A stretch of DNA of 64,000 nt from Opitutia bacterium (GTDB lineage Bacteria > Verrucomicrobiota > Verrucomicrobiia > Opitutales > T3Sed10-336), in contig JBJHCF010000006.1 in assembly GCA_050506795.1 (NCBI GenBank), positions 32,001 through 96,000 on the forward strand, read 5' to 3'. Below are positions 20,695-31,394 of this stretch, piece by piece. Below the pieces are notes generated by a model. It was not told the origin of the DNA, did no database searches, and was given only the letters and a program-made list of their open reading frames with translations. Position 1 is the stretch's first letter, and each line of letters begins with the position of its first letter. Both the position numbers and the translations under genes were made by a program.

Positions 20695-22338
20695 ATGACG
20701 GCAATATTAGAAAAGCAACTAATTCTTCGGAGCCATAAACTCGCCGGTGGGGAAAATGAACGCTGGTATGAAACCAGGATTCCATTCTTCACATGCCCGG
20801 ACCCAGTTTTCGAAAAGCTGTGGTATTACCGATGGGAGGTTGTGCGGCGACACCTGAAGTTTGTATCGGATGAGGTTGGATATATTTTTACGGAATTCCA
20901 GGGTGATGAGGCATTTTATTGGGCAGGGGAGTTTAACACAATTGTCGCCGCATCGGATCATCACGTCAACGAAGCCCGTTGGTTGCGGGACCCACAATAC
21001 GTCCAACAGTACATGCGTTTCTGGCTGACGCATCCGGGAGCGCAACCGCAGAGTTACAGTTCGGCCCTCGCGGACAGCATCTGGCGGATTCTCGAAGTCC
21101 ATGGCGGCATGATATTTGCTTCGGATCTGATTGACTCACTGATCGCAAATCATCGGCGATGGATCAAAGGGAGAGTGGCCTATCCTCATGACAACGGCTA
21201 TAATTCAAAGCGGGGGTTGTTTTGGAACACCGGACGTGATTCGACGGGTGAATACAATTTGCCATCTGCCCAGTTGAACGAGCCATTGCGTGGGATCCAG
21301 GGATACAAGATCCGCGGAGGCGCTGGTTATCGACCGGATAATAACGCCGATATGTACGCGGACGCCTTGGCGATCAGTCGAATTGCGGAGCTGGCGGGAC
21401 GCTACGATGAGGCACAGGAGTTCGCGGATCGTGCGAAGATGCTCAAATATAACGTGCAGGAGAACTTGTGGGATCCTTCGCGAGAGTTTTTCGTGCACAG
21501 GTGGCTGCGCGACGAATATTCCGAGGCGGACCGGCACGGCGCACCGAGTATTCGCGCCGGCAGCATGATCTGGGAGACGAACGCGGATCGTTTTGGAGGA
21601 GTGGGGCACCAGTCCCATGAGAGGGGAGAAGGGCGGGGACGGGAGTTGGTCGGTTATTTGCCATGGTATCGAGGGCTGCCTGACGACGAGCCGAAATATG
21701 CCAGCGCTTGGCGGTATTTGCTCGATACGGAGTACTTTTATGCGCCGTTTGGCCCGACGACCGCGGAGCGACATGACCCGTGGTTTGACATTCAGTATGA
21801 TTGCCGGACCAACGGCAATAGTTTCCCGCTCAACACCAGTCGCGTTTTGAACGGGCTTGCAAATCTCCTGCACGATTACAAACATCATGGGGTCCTGACG
21901 GAGAAAGCGTACTTCGATCTCTTGAGTATCTACGCCCGAACCCAATACCGCGATGGCAAGCCTTATCTCGCGGAGTTTCATCATCCCGACAAGGATTGCT
22001 GGACTGTGGATCGGCCGATCGGAAAGCACTATTTCCATAGTAGTTTTTGCGACCTTATTATTACCGGACTGATCGGATTGCGCCCTCGTGCCGATGGCGG
22101 ATTCAGTGTTCGGCCTCTGACCGGCGATGCATGGGATTACTTTGTCCTGGAAGATTTGCCGTGGCAAGGGCATCGACTTAGCATTGTGTACGACCGCGAC
22201 AATTCACGCTACGGGCGAGGGCAAGGCTTAACAGTCTGGGTCGATGGGCAGTGCACAGCCCAAGCGCCGGACTTGAGGTTGCTTGAAATTGATGTGGAGT
22301 CGCCCGATCATCCAGCAGCAGTTGTGGTCCGAGGATAA
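20695..22338 (+). CDS. MGH1/GH63-like (alpha/alpha)6 glycoside hydrolase
   Basis: WYYRW, EARWLRD, RELVGYLPWY, PFGPTTAERH, YFHSSFCDLIITGLIGLRP. Confidence 0.75.
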   Translation: MTAILEKQLILRSHKLAGGENERWYETRIPFFTCPDPVFEKLWYYRWEVVRRHLKFVSDEVGYIFTEFQGDEAFYWAGEFNTIVAASDHHVNEARWLRDPQYVQQYMRFWLTHPGAQPQSYSSALADSIWRILEVHGGMIFASDLIDSLIANHRRWIKGRVAYPHDNGYNSKRGLFWNTGRDSTGEYNLPSAQLNEPLRGIQGYKIRGGAGYRPDNNADMYADALAISRIAELAGRYDEAQEFADRAKMLKYNVQENLWDPSREFFVHRWLRDEYSEADRHGAPSIRAGSMIWETNADRFGGVGHQSHERGEGRGRELVGYLPWYRGLPDDEPKYASAWRYLLDTEYFYAPFGPTTAERHDPWFDIQYDCRTNGNSFPLNTSRVLNGLANLLHDYKHHGVLTEKAYFDLLSIYARTQYRDGKPYLAEFHHPDKDCWTVDRPIGKHYFHSSFCDLIITGLIGLRPRADGGFSVRPLTGDAWDYFVLEDLPWQGHRLSIVYDRDNSRYGRGQGLTVWVDGQCTAQAPDLRLLEIDVESPDHPAAVVVRG

Positions 22339-22429
22339 CAGCTTGTGAAAGTAATAAATTTGGCCTTGCGAAGGCCAATCCTGCAATGGGCCGTGCCCGA
22401 TTGAATATAGGTGAAGACGCATTGATTTT

Positions 22430-23644
22430 ATGATACTAAACACACGACTCAAACGATTGCTAAGGGTGCATTTATTAATCGCTTCTCTTTCGGCGCATTT
22501 TGTCATTGAGGGGGCAGAATTGCCCGGTGACCGAGAAGCTCCCTTCACAGTTGCGGAAGGACTGTTCGATGCTGATCAACATCCGCATTATGGGCTAGGA
22601 CGGGCGCCGGGAGCAGAGACTATTACCATTTTCGCGCCTCGCGACGACACCGACAAATTTTCTAACGGCGTGCAGGTGTATCCTTTCAATGGGTGGCTTT
22701 ACGCACAGTGGCAGAGCACCCCACGGCACGAGGACACTCATGACGGACGGGTCGTTTGGAGCCGCAGTCGTGACGGGAAAAACTGGGAGGAACCACGCGA
22801 ATTGGCTCGTCAGCCTGAGGAGGGTGGTCTGATGCGGAGCGGCGCGGGTTTCTGGTCAGACGGAAACTCTTTGGTGGCCTATTTTCAGCGGGTGGACAGT
22901 TGGTATCCCGGCACGATTAAAATGACGGAAGCCCGCATTACCTTGGACGGTGAAAACTGGTCGCCAATTCAACGGGTCAGCGATACACTGGTGGTGGCGG
23001 AGAACATCAAGGAACTTGAGAGCGGACGGTTGTTGACGGGCGTGCATACGCATTTGCCCGGCAGTACAAGAATGTATGGGGTGATTGCCTATACTGACCA
23101 GCGCGATGGGTTGGGGGGATGGCGGATGGCGGAAATGCCGCAGCCTGACTCGGCCCATCCCCGCTATGGTAGGGGGATCGAACACAGCTGGTATCGGCGA
23201 TCGGACGGACAACTGGTGATGGTCTTTCGCGATATGAATCGTTCCGGTTATCTCCTCGCAAGCGAAGGAACGAATAATGGCGAGCACTGGACTGCGCCGG
23301 TGCGTACAGAAATGCCAGATTCTAATTCAATGCAATGCGCCGGCAACCTTCCGGATGGGACCGTATTCATCGTGAATAACCCGACTCGGAACCAAGGTCG
23401 CGTGCCGCTGACCATTACGCTTAGTGCAACTGGTGAATATTTCGACCGGGCATACATCGTGCGTGGAGCCGACGATTTACAACCGCGGCGATACGACGGG
23501 CGACACAAAGATCCTGGATACTCTTATCCTGGTGCGGTGATCTGGGGCGACCATCTCTACATTGCCTATGCGACAAATAAGGAAGACGCGGAAGTTACCC
23601 GCATTCCGCTGGCTTCCCTGAAAGTAAACGGCGATCGGAAATGA
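22430..23644 (+). CDS. BNR_2 exo-sialidase-like protein, paralog of the catalytic part of 19017-20690
   Basis: Shares APG.ETITIFAP.DDTDKFS, WQSTPRHED, AGNLPDGT and YATNKED; Asp-boxes present. Confidence 0.8.
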   Translation: MILNTRLKRLLRVHLLIASLSAHFVIEGAELPGDREAPFTVAEGLFDADQHPHYGLGRAPGAETITIFAPRDDTDKFSNGVQVYPFNGWLYAQWQSTPRHEDTHDGRVVWSRSRDGKNWEEPRELARQPEEGGLMRSGAGFWSDGNSLVAYFQRVDSWYPGTIKMTEARITLDGENWSPIQRVSDTLVVAENIKELESGRLLTGVHTHLPGSTRMYGVIAYTDQRDGLGGWRMAEMPQPDSAHPRYGRGIEHSWYRRSDGQLVMVFRDMNRSGYLLASEGTNNGEHWTAPVRTEMPDSNSMQCAGNLPDGTVFIVNNPTRNQGRVPLTITLSATGEYFDRAYIVRGADDLQPRRYDGRHKDPGYSYPGAVIWGDHLYIAYATNKEDAEVTRIPLASLKVNGDRK

Positions 23645-23691
23645 CCACCTTTGTCACGATTCTCGCGACGAGTGAGACCGGGGGAGTCACG

Positions 23692-25272
23692 ATGCGAACT
23701 CCTGATCTTGTGGTGCTTGTTTTTTTTCTGGTTGGTATTTTGGCCCTGGGATTTTATTGCGCAAAGCGAAACGACACAACCGAGGAATACTTTCTCGGAT
23801 CACGCGCTTTTCCCGGTTGGGCGGTCGGCCTTTCAATGGTCGGCACCTCCATCAGTTCGGTCACCTTTCTGGCCCTACCGGCGGCGGCATTCGTTCTGGA
23901 TTGGCGGCAGTTGACTCCCAACTTAATGCTTCCGTTCGTGATGATTGTGGCTGTTGCCTTCTTTATTCCCATTTTTCGACATGGTAAGAGGACGTCCGCG
24001 TTCGAGTATTTGGAAAACAGGTACGGTCCGGTGGTCCGACTTTACGGATCGATGAGCTTTCTTATTCTTCAGGTACTGCGTCTGGGGACTGTTCTTTATC
24101 TGGTCTCGATACCGGTGGCGGCGTTGAGCGGCTTTCACATCATCACTGTCATCCTGATTGGAGGGGTTTGCATTACGCTTTACACTGTATTGGGTGGAAT
24201 TGCCGCGGTGATTTGGACGGATGTGGTCCAGACAGTCGTTCTTTTCTTCGGTGGAATCTTCGCAATCGGTTACATGCTGTATGCGATTCCGGGAGGCATG
24301 GGGGAGGTCTTTTCGGCCGGAATGGCCGATGGGAAATTTAGTTTCGGGCCTACCGATTTCACGATCAGCGAGCGCACGCTCTGGGTGATGATGATGGCGG
24401 GCGTCTTTACTTTCGGAACTGAGTACGCCGGTAATCAGAACGTGGTGCAGCGATACCTCGCGTCGAGCTCGACCCGGGAGGCGCGGAAAGCAACGATCAT
24501 TTGTGCCGCTTCTTCCGTGCCGTTGTGGACGGCGTTCTTTTTTCTCGGGACGAGTCTTTATGTGTATTACACGCACTTTCCGGATCCGGCTGTTGGGGCG
24601 ATGCACGCCGACGAAGTACTGCCGTATTTTATTTTGACCAGCATACCGGCCGGGGTTGCAGGACTGATTTTGGGGGGCTGTATTGCCGCGGCAATGTCAT
24701 CGCTAGATTCGAGTATCAATGCGATTTCGACGATCACCAGCATTGATGTTTTGAAACGCTGGCTGAAGCGGAATGAGTCCGATTCCTTTTACCTGGGGAT
24801 GGCGCGTTGGTTTGCGCTTGGTGCTGGCGGTTTGATGATCGGCGGAGCGATCACATTCCATTACATTCCGCGGGAAAGTGTGAACGATCTGCTGCTCATC
24901 ATCAGCGCGTTCTTTACCGGCTCGCTGTTAACCCTCTTTCTGCTGGGCTTTTTTACCCGGCGCGTTGGCTACAAGGCGGCGGTTGCGGGAATGGTGACGG
25001 GAATCGTTGTTAACTTGTATCTGGTATTGAACGCGCTGGGGTTCCTTCCTGAGGCTATGAGGATTGATGTTCATTCCTATATGGTGAATATTTTGGTCAA
25101 CCTGGTTGCGGCCTTGGTGGCGTACCCGCTCGGTGCCCTATTGTGGGCGTGGAAGATTGATCGGGATCAGGACCTGACCGGGTTGACGGTTTGGACCCTA
25201 GAGGGGACCGACGATGTTCGGGCGGCCGACGGGCGCCTGCAGATTCAGGCTGTAGATAAAGGCACTGAGTAA
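23692..25272 (+). CDS. Sodium:solute symporter (SiaT-like)
   Basis: EYFLG.R, SAFEYLE.RYG, GG..AVIWTDVVQ, Q.VVQRYL, AAAMSSLDSSIN; many hydrophobic segments. Confidence 0.9.
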   Translation: MRTPDLVVLVFFLVGILALGFYCAKRNDTTEEYFLGSRAFPGWAVGLSMVGTSISSVTFLALPAAAFVLDWRQLTPNLMLPFVMIVAVAFFIPIFRHGKRTSAFEYLENRYGPVVRLYGSMSFLILQVLRLGTVLYLVSIPVAALSGFHIITVILIGGVCITLYTVLGGIAAVIWTDVVQTVVLFFGGIFAIGYMLYAIPGGMGEVFSAGMADGKFSFGPTDFTISERTLWVMMMAGVFTFGTEYAGNQNVVQRYLASSSTREARKATIICAASSVPLWTAFFFLGTSLYVYYTHFPDPAVGAMHADEVLPYFILTSIPAGVAGLILGGCIAAAMSSLDSSINAISTITSIDVLKRWLKRNESDSFYLGMARWFALGAGGLMIGGAITFHYIPRESVNDLLLIISAFFTGSLLTLFLLGFFTRRVGYKAAVAGMVTGIVVNLYLVLNALGFLPEAMRIDVHSYMVNILVNLVAALVAYPLGALLWAWKIDRDQDLTGLTVWTLEGTDDVRAADGRLQIQAVDKGTE

Positions 25273-25411
25273 TAGGTGCGCCCTGATGGGCAAGAATCGG
25301 ATCAGAGCGGGTGCCGGAACGCATCGACGGACCTGCTTACCCGTCCGCAGAGCCTTGACTTGACTTCAGGTTCTATCGCTTCAGGATGGAATTCCACGAG
25401 ATTCAATTAAT

Positions 25412-26125
25412 GTGAAGAAGAAGTCTATGGAGATGTTAAGTCAGAAAGCATATGATTATATTTATAAAAGGATCATAAATAATGAGTTAAAGCCTGGGGA
25501 GAAGGTTTCTGAGCTGGCTTTGGCCGGTGAGTTGGGAATCAGTCGCACGCCGGTTGGTGAAGCGATTCAGCGTTTGGCCAGGCAAGGTTTGCTGGAGCAG
25601 GTGCCGAGGCAGGGGACGATTGTCCGGCAGATCGGGCAGAGGGATTTACATGAGATTTACCAGCTGCGCGAAGCGCTTGAGAGCAGCGCGGCCGCCTGGG
25701 CCGCGGCGCAGATCAAGGATTTTCAGTTGCGGAAACTTCAGGTTCTTTTGACATCGATGCGGCAACTTGTTGAGGATGCTTTGGGAGCGGACCTGACGAC
25801 ACTTGACATGCCGCGGATTAGGGAATTTCAGCGTTGGGACCGGGCTTTCCACATGACGATCGTGGAAGCGGCGGACAACAAACGGATGGTGGAGGTAGTG
25901 AGCGACACACGCGTGATTGCGGACACCTTCCGGCTTCGCTGCCGTGAATCAGAGATTTCCATGGCGCAGGGAGCGGTTTCGTATCACAAGAAGATTCTGG
26001 AAGGACTGGAGGCTGGCGATGCGACGGCGGCCCGCCGCGCGATGCGCGAACACATTAACCAAGGTTGGGAGGAGACGCTCTCTCATTTCGATTTACTCGT
26101 GGTGGATGCCGGGGAAGGAAGTTAA
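25412..26125 (+). CDS. GntR family (FCD domain) regulator
   Basis: LKPGEKVSE..LA.ELGISRTPV.EA, D.AFH, H..I...AMREH. Confidence 0.92.
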   Translation: MKKKSMEMLSQKAYDYIYKRIINNELKPGEKVSELALAGELGISRTPVGEAIQRLARQGLLEQVPRQGTIVRQIGQRDLHEIYQLREALESSAAAWAAAQIKDFQLRKLQVLLTSMRQLVEDALGADLTTLDMPRIREFQRWDRAFHMTIVEAADNKRMVEVVSDTRVIADTFRLRCRESEISMAQGAVSYHKKILEGLEAGDATAARRAMREHINQGWEETLSHFDLLVVDAGEGS

Positions 26126-26267
26126 CTTTTTCAGTTTGGAAGTGAGGTCCGGTTTCCTGGAATTCCCCGCTCCGTCGCAACAGCTATATGTTTTCTTGCC
26201 ATAGGAATCCCGGAGTGTAAATTGGTCTACCTGTACCCTTTCTGAGAGAGAAGAAGCTGGCCTACAA

Positions 26268-27353
26268 GTGACAAGCAAAAGGTATCCAACGCTTAAAGAC
26301 ATTGCTAAACGGGCGGACGTATCGGCGTCAACCGTATCGGCTGTTCTGAACCATAAGCAAGTGGAACGAGGAATTCCCGAGAAAACCGCCCAAAAGGTCC
26401 TCAAGGTGGCTCGTGCTCTTGGGTATGTTCCCAACCTTGCCGCCCGCAGGCTTCGCGATCGCAAGAACGGCGTCCAACGGATTGTTGTGGCGATTCTCAC
26501 CTCCTACGAGGCGCCCCTGCGTTTGGTGAGCCAGGCCCTCCAGGCCCTCGAAGAAGTGATAAATGAGCGGGCGCCTTCGGGATTCGCCTTTTCGGTTAGA
26601 ATCGAGATGTTTCATGCTGGCCGCCTCAAGGAACTTCCCGATCTCATTGAAGGAACGCGCTTTAACGGTGTTATAATCACAAATACGGTAGCTGCGGATG
26701 ATGATTTTCTGGCCAGAGCGAGGCTTCGGTTTCCCGTGGTTTTATTGGGACGCTCGATTCCCGGTTATTCGAGTGTCAGTGAGAAGCCGGGCGAGTTGGG
26801 AGAGCGAGTGGCGGAAGTATTTGCATCCATTGGGCGCCGGAAGCTTGCCGTCTTGTGTCCTCGTTTGTTGACGCAGGCGACGAAAGGGCGCCTGACCGCC
26901 TTTATGGATGCCGCTTTTCGGATTACCGGGGAATTTCCAGTTAAGATTGAGTGTCTCAGTTTGAGTGTAAAGGGTGGATACGAAGGTTTGGTGGCCTATC
27001 TGGGAGTGGGGGGGCATTGCGACGGATTGTTCGCCGTGACGGATAGTTTGGCAATCGGCGCCTACCACGCGATCAAGGAGAACGGCCAAACCATCCCCAC
27101 AGACATCGCGGTGATCGGAATGGGTGATCATGAGGCGAGCGCTTTCCTGGATCCGCCCTTGACCAGCTTCAGCCATGTGCAATATGCGTTGACCCGGAAG
27201 GCTGCGGAAAACCTGCTGGCGATACTTTGGGGAGAACAGAGAACACCAATGAGAGTCGAAGTCCCCGTCGTCGGTCGCCTGCGAGAATCCACCGGCCATC
27301 GGGCAGAGCCTGGCGGAATCAAAACGCCGGTCGCAAGCCGCATCCGCTTATAG
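26268..27353 (+). CDS. LacI family regulator
   Basis: TLKDIAKRADVSASTVSAVLN, LGYVPNLAARRL, PPLTS. Confidence 0.92.
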   Translation: MTSKRYPTLKDIAKRADVSASTVSAVLNHKQVERGIPEKTAQKVLKVARALGYVPNLAARRLRDRKNGVQRIVVAILTSYEAPLRLVSQALQALEEVINERAPSGFAFSVRIEMFHAGRLKELPDLIEGTRFNGVIITNTVAADDDFLARARLRFPVVLLGRSIPGYSSVSEKPGELGERVAEVFASIGRRKLAVLCPRLLTQATKGRLTAFMDAAFRITGEFPVKIECLSLSVKGGYEGLVAYLGVGGHCDGLFAVTDSLAIGAYHAIKENGQTIPTDIAVIGMGDHEASAFLDPPLTSFSHVQYALTRKAAENLLAILWGEQRTPMRVEVPVVGRLRESTGHRAEPGGIKTPVASRIRL

Positions 27354-27395
27354 CGAGTTTCAACCGTAGAAAACTATCGATTTTTCCAAAAAACA

Positions 27396-27444
27396 TTGAC
27401 ACGGCAAGGCCGATTTTACTAATTTACACCAACGTTGTAGTAAA
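27396..27444 (+). promoter_or_regulatory. TTGACA promoter followed by a LacI-type palindromic operator
   Basis: TTGACA at 27396. TTTACACCAACGTTGTAGTAAA (27423-27444) is symmetric at 18 of 22 positions around AACGTT. Confidence 0.65.
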
Positions 27445-27576
27445 CTGGGTTTTTCTTCTCAAATCTGGCCTTGGATTCGTGAAATTACTATTCGGTTGCT
27501 CATCCAATGAGCCTCATCGAGGGATCACTTTTATTGGCCTTTTTTGCTTTTGCACATATTTGAATAAAAGGTAGGT

Positions 27577-28974
27577 ATGCATATAAAAAGCATTGTATCA
27601 GCGACGAATTTTTCATCCAGTGCCGATCGAATTCGGGGGCTTATGTTGCTTGGCGCTATTGCTCTTATTGTCAGTGGATGCAACACACCGAGTATCGGTC
27701 AGAGTGAGTACTCAACCTATCGTTACTTTAACGTAAGCGACGAAGAGGGGAGAGTCGGGCAGATCCAGCCCATTCCATCCTTGAACCCACCTCTTTGGGC
27801 TGCCGGGGTTGTGCAGGAGAAGCATGATTGGTCTTTGGTCGACCCGGACGAGCCTTATTTCAAAGGTCCGGTCCCTTTTGTGGTCTCTCCGTTGGAAGAA
27901 AGTGACGAGCCATTCTACGGACACAATCACCAACCCGATATCGCATGGCTTCCCAACGGGGACCTGATAGCGATTTGGTACACCACGAAGCAGGAGCACG
28001 GCACGGAGTTGACGGTCCTAGCGAGTCGATTGCGAGCCGGCGGGGATGAATGGGATCCGGCTTCGGAATTCTTCAAATCAGACGATAGAAATATGCATGG
28101 CAACAGTCTCTTCTATGATGATGCGACCGGCCTCCTTCATCATCTCAACGGCATGGGGAGAAAGGGAACGACCGGATGGGAACACCTCGCGCTTCTGCAC
28201 CGTTATAGCAGAGATAGCGGGGTTACGTGGTCTGTCGCTCGTCCGGTCTCATCAGGAGCGACTTACCAGAGGCGTCACCAGGTGATTTCCGGGATCGTCC
28301 GCAGTCCGGACGGCATTTTGATACAGCCGTGTGACGCCACTCCGCATATGGAAGGTCCCACGGCAATTCATATCAGCCGGGATGGCGGCGAAACGTGGAG
28401 TGATCCAGGAGGTGATATTCGCGGAATTCACGCCGGGATCGAGGTCATGGACGATGGAGAGTGGCTTGCCTTTGGTCGCGGGCAAGCGATTGACGGGCGG
28501 ATGCCAAAAAGCGTTTCCCGGGATATGGGCGAAACCTGGGAATATTCGGCGACGGAGTTTCCGGTCATTGGCGGCGGTCAGCGCCTGGTGCTGATGCGTT
28601 TGACCGACGGGCCGCTCTTATTGGTTTCTTTTACTGAGCCGAGTGCCACCGAAGGCCGGAATCCCAGCCGAGGCATGGAGTTTGTCGACAGCAACGGAGA
28701 CACCTTTGTCGGTTATGGCATGTATGCGGCTCTTTCCTATGACCAGGGTAACACATGGCCTGTGCGCAAGCTTTTAACCCCGGGTGAAGGCACCTATGAT
28801 GGACACGCCTGGACCGGGGAGTTTGAGGCCACTGTGACGCGGGCTGAACACGCCGGTTACCTGGCGGCGACGCAAACTCCTGATAACATCGTTCATTTGA
28901 TTTCGAGCGGATTGCACTATCGCTTCAACCAAAAATGGATCGAGACCCCGGCCGCGGGCATTGCGGAGGAATAG
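27577..28974 (+). CDS. Sialidase-family BNR protein (probable lipoprotein)
   Basis: Lipobox-like VSGC; Asp-boxes SRDSGVTW, SRDGGETW, SRDMGETW, SYDQGNTW. Confidence 0.82.
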   Translation: MHIKSIVSATNFSSSADRIRGLMLLGAIALIVSGCNTPSIGQSEYSTYRYFNVSDEEGRVGQIQPIPSLNPPLWAAGVVQEKHDWSLVDPDEPYFKGPVPFVVSPLEESDEPFYGHNHQPDIAWLPNGDLIAIWYTTKQEHGTELTVLASRLRAGGDEWDPASEFFKSDDRNMHGNSLFYDDATGLLHHLNGMGRKGTTGWEHLALLHRYSRDSGVTWSVARPVSSGATYQRRHQVISGIVRSPDGILIQPCDATPHMEGPTAIHISRDGGETWSDPGGDIRGIHAGIEVMDDGEWLAFGRGQAIDGRMPKSVSRDMGETWEYSATEFPVIGGGQRLVLMRLTDGPLLLVSFTEPSATEGRNPSRGMEFVDSNGDTFVGYGMYAALSYDQGNTWPVRKLLTPGEGTYDGHAWTGEFEATVTRAEHAGYLAATQTPDNIVHLISSGLHYRFNQKWIETPAAGIAEE

Positions 28975-29017
28975 AGCAGGGGAGAATTGCAGGAACGGAT
29001 TGCCACTCATAAATTTT

Positions 29018-30004
29018 ATGAAGCATCAAAACACTTTAGGGGGAATTATCACTCCATTGGTCACTCCTTTGTTGGCCGAGGACTCTTTGGATCAGAAGGG
29101 ACTCGATGCCTTGATTGAGCATGTTTTGGGAGGTGGAGTCCGGGGTATTTTCCTGTTGGGTACGACCGGTGAAGGGCCGAGCTTGAGCTATCGGCTTCGT
29201 CATGAGGTGGTGCAACGAGTCTGTCAGCATGTGAGTGGACGGGCACCGCTTTTGATCGGAGTCACGGACACCGCGATTACGGAATCCTTGGCACTAGCGC
29301 GCACGGCTGTCGAATCGGGAGCTGACTACCTGGTATTAGCTCCTCCCTACTATTCGCCAATGAACCAGCCGGACCTAATGGATTACATTCGGCGTCTGGT
29401 TCCCCGCCTGCCTCTTCCAGTCATGCTCTACAACATTCCAGGATGCACAAAGACCGCTTTTCATGTGGAGACGGTCCGGCGGCTGGCGGATTTACCCGGG
29501 GTGATTGGGCTGAAGGATAGTTCGGGCGACATGATCTACTTTTATCGACTTCTAGAAGCCTTCTCAGACCGTCCGGAATTTCCTCTGTTGCTTGGTCCTG
29601 AGGAGCCGCTGGTTTCGGCTCTGATGATGGGAGCTCACGGTGCTATTTGTGGAGGAAGCAATTTGTATCCGCACCTTTATACGGGGATCACGGATTCGGT
29701 GGCATTGGGAGATTTCGAGAAGGCAAGGGAACTGCATTCGCTCGTATTAAAAGTCCGTGATATAGTCTTCGCGGCCGATTTCGGGGGCTACTATTTGAAG
29801 GGGCTTAAATACGCCTTGGCCCAAGAGGGGTTGTGCAGCGGCTTTATGGCGGAACCCTTTACCTCACTGGTTGATGAGGCAGGAGAGCGCCTAGCTGGGG
29901 ATCTGAAGGATCTGACGTCGGAGATCGCGGTGACCCTGTTGGCATCCCGGCAGTCGGAAATTGAAGAAAGGACAGCGGGAGTAGACGGGAGGGGCCATCT
30001 ATGA
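29018..30004 (+). CDS. DHDPS/NanA-family aldolase or dehydratase
   Basis: GIITPLVTP, GTTGE, YNIP, GLKDSSGD. Confidence 0.9.
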   Translation: MKHQNTLGGIITPLVTPLLAEDSLDQKGLDALIEHVLGGGVRGIFLLGTTGEGPSLSYRLRHEVVQRVCQHVSGRAPLLIGVTDTAITESLALARTAVESGADYLVLAPPYYSPMNQPDLMDYIRRLVPRLPLPVMLYNIPGCTKTAFHVETVRRLADLPGVIGLKDSSGDMIYFYRLLEAFSDRPEFPLLLGPEEPLVSALMMGAHGAICGGSNLYPHLYTGITDSVALGDFEKARELHSLVLKVRDIVFAADFGGYYLKGLKYALAQEGLCSGFMAEPFTSLVDEAGERLAGDLKDLTSEIAVTLLASRQSEIEERTAGVDGRGHL

Positions 30005-30831
30005 GAGAGCCCTGGTTGGTCTATCGCACCGGAGAGGGCGTGATCCTTGAGTGGAATGGGTCACATCGCGTGTTGGCGGATGATGCCTTCGAGGAACTCT
30101 TCCGAACGGGCGACGCTGGCGCATTGAAGAGGGCGTCGTATACGCCATATTCCGCGCCGGACCCAGCGAATCTTTCTCAGCCTATTTCCAGGCTGGAAGT
30201 CTGGGCCGCGGGGGTTACCTATCTCCAGAGCAGGACAGCCCGGATGGAGGATTCCCGGGGGGCCGGTGGCGGTAATTATTACGACCAGGTGTATGAGGCC
30301 AAGCGACCGGAGCTTTTTTTCAAGACTATGCCTCACCGGATTGTCGGCCATAGGCAATTTGTAAGAATCTGTTCTGATTCGGATTGGAACGTCCCGGAGC
30401 CCGAGCTCACGTTGGCCATTACCGGAAATGGAAAGCTATTTTGTTACACCATCGGCAATGATATGAGTTCCTGGGATATTGAGGGAGTGAACCCATTATA
30501 TCTCCCTCAGGCCAATGTCTACAAGGGATGCGCGGCGCTTGGGCCGGGCATCTATCTGTCGAGCGAACCACTTGATCCGGATTCTGGAATCGCGATGGAA
30601 ATTCGGCGGAACGGAACCGTGGTCTTTGAGGGCGGGACGAAAATCAGGGAGATCAAGCGAACCTTTGACTCGTTGATCGAGTATCTCTTTCGCGACAATG
30701 AGTTTCCAGCAGGGTGTTTTTTGATGAGCGGGATCGGGGGCATACCTCCAGATGAATTTTCTCTGCGGAGCGGAGACGAGATATCTATCACTATTAAGCC
30801 AATTGGCACGTTGGTGAATTATGTATTATGA
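30001..30831 (+). CDS. Fumarylacetoacetate hydrolase family (XylX-like 2-keto-3-deoxy sugar-acid dehydratase), possibly degenerate
   Basis: EVWAAGVTY..SR.ARME, RPELFFK, VPEPEL, GNDMSS.DIEG.NPLYLPQA. Confidence 0.82.
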   Translation: MREPWLVYRTGEGVILEWNGSHRVLADDAFEELFRTGDAGALKRASYTPYSAPDPANLSQPISRLEVWAAGVTYLQSRTARMEDSRGAGGGNYYDQVYEAKRPELFFKTMPHRIVGHRQFVRICSDSDWNVPEPELTLAITGNGKLFCYTIGNDMSSWDIEGVNPLYLPQANVYKGCAALGPGIYLSSEPLDPDSGIAMEIRRNGTVVFEGGTKIREIKRTFDSLIEYLFRDNEFPAGCFLMSGIGGIPPDEFSLRSGDEISITIKPIGTLVNYVL

Positions 30832-31394
30832 ATCCATTACACCTTCACGGGAAGAGTTTGATTGTCCGCAGGAAGGTTGGACAAGGATCGACATTCAGAG
30901 CGGCCAGGCCAATCAGCGAAGCAAAGTTGGACGGGGAATTTCATTACGCCTCCCAGGGAGGCGTTGATGCTGCCAGCCGAGCGGAAGCGAAGGCATTTGA
31001 ATTCTGTCGCGCACCCTGGCCGAGCGAGCGAGGAGTTTTTATGGAGCGCATTGCACAGGAGAATTTGGCGAATGGAGATACCGTGATCAAGCGGGCACAT
31101 ATGGAGACTGGATTGCCCCAGCAGCGGTCTTCCGGTGAGCGGATGCGGATCGTCAATCAGTTGCGTCTCTTTGCCGAAAACATCCGTGAGGGGTCGTGGG
31201 TGGACCCCCGAATCGACCATGCGCAGTTCGACCGGAAACTTTTGCCTAAGCCGGACGTATGCCGACTGCTTCAGCACGGTATTACTGCGTCCTTTCCGCA
31301 GTCGTGGCTCGCGTCCGAGTTGAAGGATAACAATCCGCTCGATATCATGCGGCTGGTGAACGGAAGGCTTACGCGAGAATCCCACAGGGCATGA
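30828..31394 (+). pseudogene. Aldehyde (ketoglutarate semialdehyde-like) dehydrogenase, internally deleted
   Basis: N-terminal ETGLP..R..GE..R...QLRLFA..KPD is fused to the C-terminal tail FPQ..L..ELKD.NPL.I.RLVNG. The catalytic core is absent (188 aa). Confidence 0.8.
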
